DNA from: an uncultured Actinomycetota bacterium
Lineage (GTDB): Bacteria; Actinomycetota; Actinomycetes; Jiangellales; Jiangellaceae
Reading direction: 5' to 3'
Assembly (NCBI GenBank): GCA_963792805.1
Contig: CAWBXN010000003.1
Coordinates: 38,879 to 102,878, forward strand
Length of the DNA stretch: 64,000 nucleotides
The notes below the pieces were generated by a model. That model searched no databases and was not told the origin of the DNA. It saw nothing but the letters and a program-made list of their open reading frames with translations. This document shows positions 1 to 9,223 of this stretch, piece after piece. The first letter of the stretch is position 1, and each line of letters opens with the position of its first letter. The position numbers were made by a program, and so were the translations under genes.

Positions 1-1428
1 CGCATCGTGGCCGCGGCCTGCCGGCTGACCGGTGCCCGCTACGGCGCGCTCGGCGTGCTCTCGGCCGATCGCACCCTCGCCGACTTCGTCGTCCACGGGA
101 TGACCGAGGAGCAGGTCGCCGGGATCAGTCACTGGCCGAAGGGGCGAGGCCTGCTCGGGCTCCTCACCGAACGCCCCCGGGTGCTGCGCCTTGACGAGCT
201 GTCAGCGCACCCTCGCTCGGTCGGGTTCCCCGACGGCCATCCGCCCATGGCGTCGTTCCTCGGCGCCCCCCTCAGGGTCCGCGGGGCCGTGTTCGGCAAC
301 CTCTACCTGACCGAGAAGCCAGGCGGGTTCACCGTCGCCGACGAACAGGTCGTCAAGGCGCTCTCGGTGGCCGCCGGAGCCTCGATCGCCAACGCGCGGC
401 TGTTCGAGGAGTCCGAGCACCGGCGGCGGTGGGTGCAGGCCAGTGCCGAGATCACCACCGCCCTGCTCGGCCCCTCCTCGCCGCAGCACGCCCTCGGGCT
501 CGTCGTCCGCAAGGCCCGGGAGATGGCCCGCGCCGACATCGCCGCCATCGCCGTGGAGGACGACGAGGGCCACCTGAGGGTCGCGGTCCGCGACGGGGAG
601 CTGTCCGGCCTGGACGTCGGGACGATCCTGCCGGCGCACGGAACCCCAGGCGGGCAGCCCTCGGTGTCGGTGCCGTTCACCGCCCCGGCCGGCGCCGAGG
701 GACGCCTCGTGGTGGCGTGGCGCCACCAGAGGGCCCGCGACGACGCCGGCATCAACGAGCGCGCGATCCGAGGATTCGCCGACCAGGCCGCCCTGGCCCT
801 CGACCGGGTGCAGGCCCAGGAGGACCGGGCGTCGTTGGCGGTCTTCGCCGACCGGGACCGGATCGCCCGCGACCTGCACGACCTGGTGATCCAGCGGTTG
901 TTCGCCACCGGGCTGGGGTTGCAGGGCGCCGCCCGGATGGCCGAGCGGCCGGCGGTGGCCGAACGGCTCGAAGCAGCCGTCGACGACCTCGACGTCACCA
1001 TCCGCGACATCCGCGCAACGATCTTCGCCCTGCACCACCGGCACGACCAGGACGACATCCGCGGGCAGGTGCTCGAGCTGGTCGAGGAGGCAGCGGCCAA
1101 GCTCGGGGTGGTCCCCGCGCTGGCCGTCGAAGGCCCCGTCGACACCCTCGTGCCCGAGCAGGTGCGCCCGCACGTGGTCGCGGTGGTTCGCGAGGCCTTG
1201 TCCAACGCGGCTCGGCACGGGCAGGCCAACCGGGTCGACGTCTATCTGGCGGTTCGGGACGGCTGGTGCGAGATCCGGGTCCGCGACGACGGCAGCGGGA
1301 TGGCGGGCTCGGTGCACGAGAGCGGCCTGCGCAACCTGCGAGATCGGGCCGAGGAGGTCGGCGGGGCGATGGACGTGCGCGCGGTGGAGTCAGGTGGGAC
1401 CGAGCTGCGCTGGCGGGCGCCCCTGTAG
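1..1428 (+). CDS. GAF-domain sensor histidine kinase, DevS/DosS-like (5' end runs off the window)
   Basis: ORF 7..1428; the frame is open back to base 1. GAF-type segment FPDGHPPMASFLGAPLRVRGAVFGNLYLTEK and a second GAF-like block. HisKA_3 H-box DRDRIARDLHDLVIQRLF. HATPase_c motifs REALSNAARHG and DDGSGM. Confidence 0.85.
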   Translation, partial: RIVAAACRLTGARYGALGVLSADRTLADFVVHGMTEEQVAGISHWPKGRGLLGLLTERPRVLRLDELSAHPRSVGFPDGHPPMASFLGAPLRVRGAVFGNLYLTEKPGGFTVADEQVVKALSVAAGASIANARLFEESEHRRRWVQASAEITTALLGPSSPQHALGLVVRKAREMARADIAAIAVEDDEGHLRVAVRDGELSGLDVGTILPAHGTPGGQPSVSVPFTAPAGAEGRLVVAWRHQRARDDAGINERAIRGFADQAALALDRVQAQEDRASLAVFADRDRIARDLHDLVIQRLFATGLGLQGAARMAERPAVAERLEAAVDDLDVTIRDIRATIFALHHRHDQDDIRGQVLELVEEAAAKLGVVPALAVEGPVDTLVPEQVRPHVVAVVREALSNAARHGQANRVDVYLAVRDGWCEIRVRDDGSGMAGSVHESGLRNLRDRAEEVGGAMDVRAVESGGTELRWRAPL

Positions 1429-1431
1429 CCC

Positions 1432-2112
1432 TCAGCTGCTCCCGAGCAGCTTGCTGGCAAGCACGGCAGCCTGCGTGCGCCGCTCCAGGCCGAGCTTGGC
1501 AAGCAGGCTGGACACGTAGTTCTTCACCGTCTTCTCGGCCAGGAACATCCGCTCGGCGATCTGCCGGTTCGTCAGGCCTTCGGCGATGAGCGCGAGGATG
1601 CGACGCTCCTGCTCGGTGAGGCTCTCCAGCTCTGGCGGCATCGTGCGACCGTGGCGCACTCGGTCGAGCACTCGGGCGGTGACTGCCGGGTCGAGCAGGC
1701 TGTGCCCGGATGCGACCGTCCGGACGGCCTCCACCAGGTCTGCCCCGCGGACCTGCTTGAGGATGTAGCCGGACGCCCCGGCCAGGATTGCCGCGAACAG
1801 CGCCTCGTCGTCGTCGTAGGACGTGAGGATCAGCGCCCGGATGCTTGGGTCGACCGAACGGACCTCCCGGCACACGTCGATGCCGCTGCCGTCGGGAAGG
1901 CGGGCGTCGAGGATGGCCACCTGCGGACGCAGGGCCGGGATCCGCCGGATCGCCTCGTCGGCCAGCCCGGACTCCCCCACCACGGAGATGTCGTCCTCGG
2001 CTTCCAGCAGGTCGTGCAGACCGCGGCGCACCACCTCGTGGTCATCGAGGAGGAACACCCCGATCACCGACTCGTCAGTCGTCTTCTCGCCGGCCGTCGC
2101 AGTCTCGTCCAC
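1432..2112 (-). CDS. NarL/LuxR-family response regulator, DevR/DosR-like
   Basis: C-terminal part of ORF 1432..3294. Receiver domain (VFLLDDHEVVRRGL, AILDARLPDGSG) plus LuxR HTH (LTEQERRILALIAEGLTNRQIAERMFLAEKTVKNYV). Start is GTG at 2112 or GTG at 2067. The rest of the 620-aa ORF is an upstream overprint. Confidence 0.9.
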   Translation of the reverse strand: MDETATAGEKTTDESVIGVFLLDDHEVVRRGLHDLLEAEDDISVVGESGLADEAIRRIPALRPQVAILDARLPDGSGIDVCREVRSVDPSIRALILTSYDDDEALFAAILAGASGYILKQVRGADLVEAVRTVASGHSLLDPAVTARVLDRVRHGRTMPPELESLTEQERRILALIAEGLTNRQIAERMFLAEKTVKNYVSSLLAKLGLERRTQAAVLASKLLGSS

Positions 2113-2191
2113 GGGCTCACTCTGCCTGCACCGCGCGCGCGATGCACGCACGGGGTCCGCCGACGACCGTGGCCACCGGCCGACCCGGTCA

Positions 2192-2205
2192 GGGACCTTC
2201 GACCC
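2192..2205. promoter_or_regulatory. DosR/DevR-box-like near-palindrome GGGACCTTCGACCC in the divergent devR / nitroreductase intergenic region
   Basis: Half-sites GGGAC and GACCC (one mismatch from GTCCC) separated by 4 nt, 37 nt upstream of the GTG at 2242. An almost identical copy lies at 13243..13256. Resembles the core of the mycobacterial DosR motif (GGGAC-N4-GTCCC), recalled from memory. Confidence 0.4.
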
Positions 2206-2241
2206 TCGCCGGGGTGCAGGGACCACCGGATCGTTCTTGGT

Positions 2242-3234
2242 GTGTCCACGCTGATCTCCGAGCGCGCCGCCCGAGACGTCGTCGAAGCGGCCACTCGGGC
2301 GCCGAGCGTGCTGAACACGCAGCCGTGGCGCTGGGTGGTGCAGCCGCCGGACGAGGGTGCGGGTGCCGAGCACGGCAGCGTGCTCGAGCTCGTCGCCGAC
2401 TCCGCGCGCGTGCTGCGCCTGACCGACCCGATGGGCCGGTTCATGGTGATCTCCTGCGGGGCCGCGCTGCTGAACGCCCGGCTGGCGCTGCGCGCCCACG
2501 CGCTGGAGCCCACGGTGCGGATGCTGCCGGACACCGAGGACCCGCGAGTCCTCGCCCGCGTGACGGTGCGGCCCGGTCCCGAGCCCAGTGCGGACGTGCG
2601 GGAGCTGGTGGACGCCATCCCCCGTCGACGCACGAACCGCGGCCCCTTCCAGGCCCGAGCGATCGACGCGGCCACGCGTGCCAGCCTGGTCGACGCCGCC
2701 GCGGCCGAGGGCGCACTGCTGGCCGCGCTGGACACGGCGGCCGCCCGGCGCGTGCTCGAGATCGCCGAGGAGGCCGCCGCCGCCATCGGCCGAGACCCGC
2801 GACGCACCGCGGAGGTCTCCCAGTGGGTGGGTGAGGTCGGCGGACCCACCACGCCCGAGACGGGGCCCTGGCCGCACCTCGGCCGGGACTACCGCCCAGG
2901 CGGGCCCGGCAGCAGTCAGAGCGCGAGCACGCAGCACACCGACGAGCCGGACCCGACCATCGCGGTGCTGCTCACCTACGGCGACACCCGGTCGGACTGG
3001 TTGCGGGCCGGCCAGGCGCTGGAGCGCGTCCTGCTCAGCGCGACCGTCCTGGGGTTGTCGGCGTCGTTCCGCAACGAGCCGCTGGAGATGCTCGAGCACC
3101 GCTGGCGCATCCGAGATGCCACCACGGGGCACGGCCACCCGCAGATGGTCCTGCGACTCGGGTACGGCACGACGACCGAGCAGACACCGCGACGACCGAT
3201 CGACGAGGTCCTGCGGCAGGGCCGAGCCAGGTGA
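2242..3234 (+). CDS. Acg-family (Rv2032/Rv3131-like) putative NAD(P)H nitroreductase
   Basis: In-frame GTG at 2242 within ORF 1651..3234. N-terminus VSTLISERAARDVVEAATRAPSVLNTQPWRWVV is the typical nitroreductase opening. About 330 aa, as in Acg-type proteins. Adjacent to the DevSR-like pair. Confidence 0.8.
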   Translation: MSTLISERAARDVVEAATRAPSVLNTQPWRWVVQPPDEGAGAEHGSVLELVADSARVLRLTDPMGRFMVISCGAALLNARLALRAHALEPTVRMLPDTEDPRVLARVTVRPGPEPSADVRELVDAIPRRRTNRGPFQARAIDAATRASLVDAAAAEGALLAALDTAAARRVLEIAEEAAAAIGRDPRRTAEVSQWVGEVGGPTTPETGPWPHLGRDYRPGGPGSSQSASTQHTDEPDPTIAVLLTYGDTRSDWLRAGQALERVLLSATVLGLSASFRNEPLEMLEHRWRIRDATTGHGHPQMVLRLGYGTTTEQTPRRPIDEVLRQGRAR

Positions 3235-3743
3235 GCGAGGCATCCAGGCCCCTGCATGTGCGCATGGTGTGCCTCGGCAACATCTGCCGCTCACCGATGG
3301 CCGAGGTGGTGCTGAGCCGGCGCGTGCGCGAGGCCGGGCTGGCCGAGCGCGTCCGGGTCACCTCGGCCGGGACGGGCGACTGGCACCGGGGGGAGCCGGC
3401 CGACCACCGCGCCCGGGCTGCCCTGCGCCGTCGTGGCTACGACGGGGAGGCCCACCGGGCCGAGCAGTTCCAGGCCACGGACTTCGACACGAGCGACCTC
3501 GTGCTGGCGATGGACGAGCAGAACCTGGCCACGTTGCGTCGGCTGCAGGGCGCCCGCGGTGCGACGACCGAGCTTCGCCTGCTCGGCGAGTACGCGAGGC
3601 GGGCAGACCCGAGCGACCCGCGATCGCTGAACGTCCCAGACCCCTACTACGGCACCGATGCCGACTTCGACCACGCGCTCACCCTGGTGGAGCTGGCGGT
3701 CGACGGCCTGCTCGAACGCCTGCAGCAGCAGCTGGGCCGGTGA
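3231..3743 (+). CDS. ptpA: low-molecular-weight protein-tyrosine phosphatase
   Basis: ORF 3231..3743. P-loop VCLGNICRSPMAE (CX5R-S) and DPYYG Asp loop. 170 aa. The GTG start overlaps the upstream stop codon. Confidence 0.9.
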   Translation: MSEASRPLHVRMVCLGNICRSPMAEVVLSRRVREAGLAERVRVTSAGTGDWHRGEPADHRARAALRRRGYDGEAHRAEQFQATDFDTSDLVLAMDEQNLATLRRLQGARGATTELRLLGEYARRADPSDPRSLNVPDPYYGTDADFDHALTLVELAVDGLLERLQQQLGR

Positions 3744-4513
3744 GCGCGACGCCGCGCGAGACGTTCGGCAAGTCCGACCCCCGCGCCCCGGCAGGCTTCT
3801 TCGAGCGCGAGGCCGAAGGCCTGGCGTGGCTCGGCGAGGCGACAGCGCACGGGGGAGTCCCGGTGGCCGAGGTGCTCGACGTCGGGCCCGGCTTCCTGAA
3901 CCTCGTCCGGCTCACCCGCACCCGCCCGGACGCCCAGTCGGCCGACGAGCTCGGCCGGCGGTTGGCGCGCACCCACGCCTTGGGCACGGACTGCTGGGGT
4001 CGACGCGACGGCGACGGCTTCATCGGCCCGCTGCCGCTGCCGAACGGGCCGTTCAGCGACTGGCCGACCCTGTGGTGGGAAGGACGCGTCGAGCCCTACC
4101 TGAGGGCTGCACAGCAGGCGGGCACGCTGATCGACGGCGACGCGCGCCTGATGGAGCGAGCGGTCTCCCAGGCCGCGCCGCATGTGCCCGAGACCGACCG
4201 CCCGGCTCGCATCCACGGGGACCTGTGGTCGGGCAACGTGCTGTGGACCCCGGAGGGGGCGGTGCTGATCGATGCCGCGGCGGCCCATGGTGGGCACCGC
4301 GAGAGTGACCTGGCGATGCTGGAGCTCTTCGGGCTACCCATGCTCGATGTGGCGCTGGCGGCCTACGACGAGGCGAGTCCGTTGGCACCGGGGTGGCGGG
4401 AGCGGATCCCCCTGCACCAGCTGCACCCCGTCCTCGTCCATGCCGTGCTCTTCGGCGGCGGGTACGTGCAGCAGGCTCGACGGCTGGCAGCGCGAGTGCT
4501 CGCCGAGCACTGA
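3740..4513 (+). CDS. fructosamine/ketosamine-3-kinase family protein
   Basis: GTG at 3740 overlaps the ptpA stop (GTGA). In frame with ORF 2588..4513. FFEREAEGLAWL and catalytic HGDLWSGNVLW motifs. Confidence 0.85.
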   Translation: MSATPRETFGKSDPRAPAGFFEREAEGLAWLGEATAHGGVPVAEVLDVGPGFLNLVRLTRTRPDAQSADELGRRLARTHALGTDCWGRRDGDGFIGPLPLPNGPFSDWPTLWWEGRVEPYLRAAQQAGTLIDGDARLMERAVSQAAPHVPETDRPARIHGDLWSGNVLWTPEGAVLIDAAAAHGGHRESDLAMLELFGLPMLDVALAAYDEASPLAPGWRERIPLHQLHPVLVHAVLFGGGYVQQARRLAARVLAEH

Positions 4514-4526
4514 GAGTGCCGCGGCC

Positions 4527-5171
4527 TCAGATGCGCACGACCCCTTCGGGGGTCTGGAACTGCACCGCGACGATGCCAGGCGTGCCGTGCGGCGCGATCC
4601 AGTCGACCTCCACGTCGTCGAGCGGGTGCGAGGCCGGCTCGCCGAGCCAGTCCGCGACCCGCTGGGGGTCGCCGGCGATCTCGATGCGCGCCAGGTCGAC
4701 CGCTCCGTTGCCACCCCGGCTGGGGTGCTCCTCCGGCGGGCTGATCCAGCGGATGAAGAACGGCAGCTGCGGGTCGCTCTGCATCCCGGTGACGCCGATC
4801 TGCTGCCACCGCAGCGTGGTGCCGTCCGGTCGGGTCCGGTGGCCTTCGTAGGCCTCACGCCCGAGCCGATCCTCCACCCCAGACAGGTTCTCGACGGCGA
4901 CGACCCAGCCGAGCCATCCGCCTCCAGCGACCGTACGAGCCCGCACGGCCTGACCGAACGGCATCTTGTCAGCCGCCGGGTGGTCCAGGACCCCGACGAC
5001 CTCGAGGTAGTGGCCGCCGCTCATGGCCAGCACGCGATTGCGGGTGCCGAACTGGGGGTGGACCCCACCGGGTGCAAGCTCGATGCCGAGGAGCTTGCCC
5101 AGCCGATCAGCCGTGGCGTCGAGCCCGTCGTGCTCGGCTGCGTAGACGAGGTGGTCCAGACGCATGGCCAC
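4527..5171 (-). CDS. VOC/glyoxalase-like domain protein
   Basis: ORF 4527..5171. N-terminus MRLDHLVYAAEHDGLDATADRLGKLLGIELAPGGVHPQFGTRN resembles Glyoxalase_3-type VOC proteins. Family call is from memory only. Confidence 0.6.
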   Translation of the reverse strand: MAMRLDHLVYAAEHDGLDATADRLGKLLGIELAPGGVHPQFGTRNRVLAMSGGHYLEVVGVLDHPAADKMPFGQAVRARTVAGGGWLGWVVAVENLSGVEDRLGREAYEGHRTRPDGTTLRWQQIGVTGMQSDPQLPFFIRWISPPEEHPSRGGNGAVDLARIEIAGDPQRVADWLGEPASHPLDDVEVDWIAPHGTPGIVAVQFQTPEGVVRI

Positions 5172-5215
5172 ATCGTGGCACTCGTCACTTGGGACGAGGC
5201 CACCGGGGTCGGCCC

Positions 5216-6433
5216 TCAGGACAGCGCCGCCGCCAGCCGGTCGACGAGCCAGTGGATCTCGTCCTCGGTGATGACGAGGGGCGGCGCCAGCCGCAACGTC
5301 TGGCCGTGGGTGTCCTTGGCCAGAACTCCCTGCTCGGCCAGGCGTTCGCAGACCGCGCGCCCGGTACCCACACTCGGGTCGACGTCGAGGCCTGCCCAGA
5401 GCCCTGCCGTCCGCAGCCCGACGACCCCGTGACCACGCAGCCCGAGGAGCCGTTCCCGCAGTACCGCCCCGAGCGTGCCGGCCCGCTCCTGGTACTCCCC
5501 GGTGGCCAGCAGGTCGACCACGGCCTCGCCGATCGCGCAGGCCAAGGCGTTGCCGCCGAAGGTGCTCCCATGCTGCCCGGGGCGCAGCACGCCGATCACG
5601 TCAGCGCGCCCCACCACGGCGGAGACCGGCAGCAGCCCGCCGCCGAGTGCCTTGCCGAGCGTGACCAGGTCGGGCTGGACACCGACGAGGTCACAGGCCA
5701 GCGTCGCGCCCGCCCGGCCGAGTCCGGACTGGATCTCGTCGGCCACCAGCAGCACGCCATGACGGTCGCACGTCGCGCGCACCGCCGGGAGGTAGTCGAC
5801 CGGTGGTACGACGACGCCGGCCTCTCCCTGGATCGGTTCGAGCAGTACCGCCACGGTGGACTCGTCGATCGCCGACGCGACCGCCGCCGCATCGCCGTAC
5901 GGGACGGTTCGGAAGCCGGGCGTGTACGGGCCGAAGCCGTCGCGTGCGTCAGGGTCGTCGGAGAAGGACACCACCGTGATCGTCCGGCCATGGAAGTTGC
6001 CACCCGCGACGATGACGGTGGCCTGCCCCGCAGGCACCCCCTTCACCTCGTAGCCCCACTTGCGCGCCACCTTCAGGGCCGACTCGACGGCCTCTGCACC
6101 GGAGTTCATCGGCAGCACCAGCCCGGCCGGGAAGCCGGTGAGGTCGAGCAGGCCCGCCGCGAACGGCTGCAGGCGGTCGTGGTGGAAGGCGCGGCTGGTG
6201 AGCGTCAGCCGGTCGAGCTGGGCCTTGGCTGCGGCCACCAGAGCGGGATGGCGGTGGCCGAAGTTGAGCGCGGAGTAGCCAGCGAGCGCATCGAGGTAGC
6301 GCCGCCCCTCAACGTCGGTGACCCAGACGCCATCCCCCTCGGTCAGCACCACGGGCAGCGGCCGGTAGTTGTGGGCCAGCACCGCGTCCTCGGCGGCGAT
6401 CAGACCGGCTGCGCTCAGGACGGCGTCGGTCAC
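5216..6433 (-). CDS. rocD: ornithine--oxo-acid aminotransferase (class III PLP aminotransferase)
   Basis: ORF 5216..6523 with a likely GTG start at 6433 (VTDAVLSAAGLIAAEDAVLAHNYRPLPVVL). ADEIQSGLGRAG motif and PLP-lysine region TLGKALGGG. Confidence 0.85.
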   Translation of the reverse strand: MTDAVLSAAGLIAAEDAVLAHNYRPLPVVLTEGDGVWVTDVEGRRYLDALAGYSALNFGHRHPALVAAAKAQLDRLTLTSRAFHHDRLQPFAAGLLDLTGFPAGLVLPMNSGAEAVESALKVARKWGYEVKGVPAGQATVIVAGGNFHGRTITVVSFSDDPDARDGFGPYTPGFRTVPYGDAAAVASAIDESTVAVLLEPIQGEAGVVVPPVDYLPAVRATCDRHGVLLVADEIQSGLGRAGATLACDLVGVQPDLVTLGKALGGGLLPVSAVVGRADVIGVLRPGQHGSTFGGNALACAIGEAVVDLLATGEYQERAGTLGAVLRERLLGLRGHGVVGLRTAGLWAGLDVDPSVGTGRAVCERLAEQGVLAKDTHGQTLRLAPPLVITEDEIHWLVDRLAAALS

Positions 6434-6516
6434 GGGGCTGAACCTACGCTGGGAGCGGGGCCTCGGCGCGCATGCTCGTCCGGGGGCACGATCTACCCTG
6501 ACCACATGAGGCGAGC

Positions 6517-8382
6517 ATGACACGGGTGGGCGGGCCGTCCACGTGGCGGCAACGCGAGGGCGGCGCCGGCAGCACTGGCGCCTTCGTCGCGGCAGCGCTG
6601 GCAGCAGTCCTGGTGGTGGCCGCCATCTGGCTGGTGCTGCGCCCCGGGGCCGGCGACGAGCAAGCCGCCGGGCAGGGCGCGGAGTCGGCCGGCACTCCCG
6701 TCGACGTCGGCGACTGCACCGAGGTCGCGGTCGCGGCCTCCCCGGAGAAGGCCGGTGTGCTCGAGGCGGTGGCCGAGCGCTACAACGCGACCGGGCCCGA
6801 GGCCGACGGTGGGTGCGTCGTGGTGACCGTCAGCCGCAAGGGCTCCGGCACCGCAGCCCAGGCACTCGTCGAGGGCTGGGACCCCACGACCGACGGTCCG
6901 GCGCCGGTGATCTGGAGCCCGGCCTCCTCCGCCTGGGGTGAGCTGGCCACCGTGCGGGCACAGGCCCTCGACCGCGACGCCGGCGTACCCGGCACGTTCA
7001 CCTCGGTGGCCAACAGCCCGCTGGTCATCGCCATGCCCCGACCGATGGCCGAGGCACTTGGTTGGCCCCAGGACCAGATCGGGTGGGACGACGTCATCGC
7101 CCTGTCGCAGGACCCGCAGGGCTGGGCACGTGCGGGTCACCCGGAGTGGGGTCGCTTCAAGCTCGGCAAGACGAACCCCAACCTGTCCACCAGCGGCCTC
7201 AATGCCACGGTGGGCAGCTACTTCGCCGCCACCGGCGTCGCCAGCGACCTGACCGTCGCCCAGGTGGAGTCCCCCAAGGCACAGCGTTACGTCTCGCGGG
7301 TCGAGGACGCCGTCGTGCACTACGGCGACACGACGCTGACCTTCCTGGAGAACCTGCTGCGTGCTGACGCCGACGGGGTCGCCCTCTCCTACATCTCCGC
7401 CGTCACCGTCGAGGAGAAGAGCGTCCTGGACTACAACGCCGGGAACCCCGCGGCCGACCCGACCCTGACCAGCCCGAGCCCACCGAACGTCCCGCTGGTG
7501 GCCGTCTACCCGAGCCAGGGAACGTTGGCCTCGGACAACCCCTTCTTCGTCCTCGAGGCCGACTGGGTGAGCCCCACGCAGCGCACCGCCGCCGAGGGCT
7601 TCACCGCGTTCGCGCTGGAGCCTCAGGCCCAGGAGCTGTTCCTGGCCGAGGGCTTCCGCGGTGCCGACGGGAGTGTCGGCGAGGTGATCACCGAGGCCAA
7701 CGGGGTCCTGCCCGAGGAGCCGAGCACAGTGCTCGGGGCCCCCAGCGGCACCGTGCTCGAGGCGATCACCGCCGCTTGGGAAGAAGTCCGCAAGCCCGCG
7801 GACGTCCTCATGGTGCTCGACGTCTCCGGGTCGATGGCCGAGTTCGCCGGCGACTCCGGGCAGAGCCGTCTCGAGCTCGCGCAGCAGGCCGTGGTCACCG
7901 CCGTCGACGAGCTGGCTCCGCAGGACGAGGTCGGCCTCTGGGCCTTCTCCGACGAGTCCGCACAGCTCGGCAGCGACCCGTGGACCCCGCTGGTGGAGAT
8001 CGGGCCGGTGCAACGCGCGGTGCCGCAGATCCAGGACGTGGTCCCACGTCTCGTGCCCGGCGGTGGGACCGCGCTCTACGCGACGACCAAGGGCGCGCAC
8101 GCCGAGATGTCCGCGCGGGAGTCCGAGGACACGATCGTCGGCGTCGTCCTGCTCACCGACGGCATGAACGAGCACCCGGACAACGACTTGTCCACGGTGC
8201 TGGACCAGCTCTCCGTCGAGGGCACCGCGACGGGCGTCCGGGTGTTCACCATCGGCTACGGCGAGGACGCCGACCAGCAGACGTTGAGCGCGATCGCCGA
8301 AGCCTCCCGAGCCCGCTCCTACGACGTCACCGACCCCACGACCATCGACGCGGTGATGGTGGACGTGCTGAGCAACTTCTGA
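6517..8382 (+). CDS. membrane-anchored substrate-binding-like plus von Willebrand factor A domain protein
   Basis: ORF 6517..8382. N-terminal TM or signal anchor AFVAAALAAVLVVAAIWLVL. C-terminal VWA with MIDAS motif VLDVSGSM and GGGTALY. Confidence 0.75.
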   Translation: MTRVGGPSTWRQREGGAGSTGAFVAAALAAVLVVAAIWLVLRPGAGDEQAAGQGAESAGTPVDVGDCTEVAVAASPEKAGVLEAVAERYNATGPEADGGCVVVTVSRKGSGTAAQALVEGWDPTTDGPAPVIWSPASSAWGELATVRAQALDRDAGVPGTFTSVANSPLVIAMPRPMAEALGWPQDQIGWDDVIALSQDPQGWARAGHPEWGRFKLGKTNPNLSTSGLNATVGSYFAATGVASDLTVAQVESPKAQRYVSRVEDAVVHYGDTTLTFLENLLRADADGVALSYISAVTVEEKSVLDYNAGNPAADPTLTSPSPPNVPLVAVYPSQGTLASDNPFFVLEADWVSPTQRTAAEGFTAFALEPQAQELFLAEGFRGADGSVGEVITEANGVLPEEPSTVLGAPSGTVLEAITAAWEEVRKPADVLMVLDVSGSMAEFAGDSGQSRLELAQQAVVTAVDELAPQDEVGLWAFSDESAQLGSDPWTPLVEIGPVQRAVPQIQDVVPRLVPGGGTALYATTKGAHAEMSARESEDTIVGVVLLTDGMNEHPDNDLSTVLDQLSVEGTATGVRVFTIGYGEDADQQTLSAIAEASRARSYDVTDPTTIDAVMVDVLSNF

Positions 8383-8403
8383 GCCGACCCGTAGGGTCCA
8401 GCC

Positions 8404-9198
8404 ATGTGGTGGATGGTCCTGGCGGCGCTGGGGAACCGCTGGATCTGGCTCTTCAGCGCCTTCGCCGCCGTGGCCCTGCTCGCCCTCGGCCAGCCTGCGG
8501 CGCTGGCGGTCGGCGCCGGCGCGACCGTGCTGCTGGGCGGGGCGTTCGCCCAGGGTGCCTCGGACTGGCACTCGGCCAAGCAGGCCCGGGGGATCACCGA
8601 TGGCGCCAGGCGCGGGCAGCCGCTGTCCGGGAAGGTGCGCGACCCGGACGCGCTGCGCCAGATCGCCCGGGCCGACGCAGCCGTTGCTCGCCAGCAGCAG
8701 GCACCGGCGAACGGCCTGAGCGGCGAGCTGGACATCGGGGTGCGCTCGGAGCAGACGCTGGCCGAGCTGCACCACACCGGCCTGCAGGTCGACCGGCTGA
8801 GCGCGGCGCTCGCCAGCGTCGACCTCGAGCGGCTGCAGCACGAGCTCACCGAGGTCCGCCGCGCGCTCGGCCAACCCGACGCAGCCGAGGACCTCGTCCA
8901 CGAACGCCGGCGCACCGAGGCCGGCCTGGCCGGGCAGCTCGCCACGGTCAACCGGATCGTCCAGCAGCGAGCCGTGCTCCTCGAGCGCATGCGCGCCACC
9001 GCCGTGGGCCTGGAGAGCGTCTCGGTGCGCTGGGGTGAGATCGCCGCGCTCTCAGCAAGCCAGGGCGAGGTGAGCACCGCCGCAGAGGACCTCGGCGCGC
9101 TGAGCGTGGAGCTGGACGACCTGCGGCAGGGCCTGGTGGAGGCCGCGGTCCAGGTTCGCCGCGCCTTGGCCGAGGACCCGATCGACCTCGAGGACTGA
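8404..9198 (+). CDS. hypothetical membrane protein with a long helical cytoplasmic region
   Basis: ORF 8404..9198. Two N-terminal hydrophobic helices (MWWMVLAALGNRWIWLFSAFAAVALLALG..., AVGAGATVLLGGAF), then a Leu/Glu/Arg-rich helical sequence. No family recognised. Confidence 0.5.
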   Translation: MWWMVLAALGNRWIWLFSAFAAVALLALGQPAALAVGAGATVLLGGAFAQGASDWHSAKQARGITDGARRGQPLSGKVRDPDALRQIARADAAVARQQQAPANGLSGELDIGVRSEQTLAELHHTGLQVDRLSAALASVDLERLQHELTEVRRALGQPDAAEDLVHERRRTEAGLAGQLATVNRIVQQRAVLLERMRATAVGLESVSVRWGEIAALSASQGEVSTAAEDLGALSVELDDLRQGLVEAAVQVRRALAEDPIDLED

Positions 9199-9223
9199 AG
9201 CCGCTCCTCGCTGTGCGCGGCGC

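Noticed and set aside
2113-3294. N-terminal extension of the response-regulator ORF (1432..3294, 620 aa). There are similar upstream extensions of ORFs 1651..3234, 2588..4513, 34842..37241, 41733..44201, 43904..45448 and 47670..50108
   Set aside because: The recognisable domain begins far downstream at an internal start, often with an SD or a 4-nt stop/start overlap. The extension overlaps a better-supported gene in another frame or on the other strand.
6493-8901. 802-aa minus-strand ORF, with similar very long ORFs at 202..1317, 13886..15640, 50350..51816, 54025..55728 and 57952..59337
   Set aside because: Each lies antisense to a gene with clear family motifs. Their translations are Arg/Gly/Pro/Ala-rich low-complexity sequence with no motifs. 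These are typical open antisense frames of a high-GC genome.
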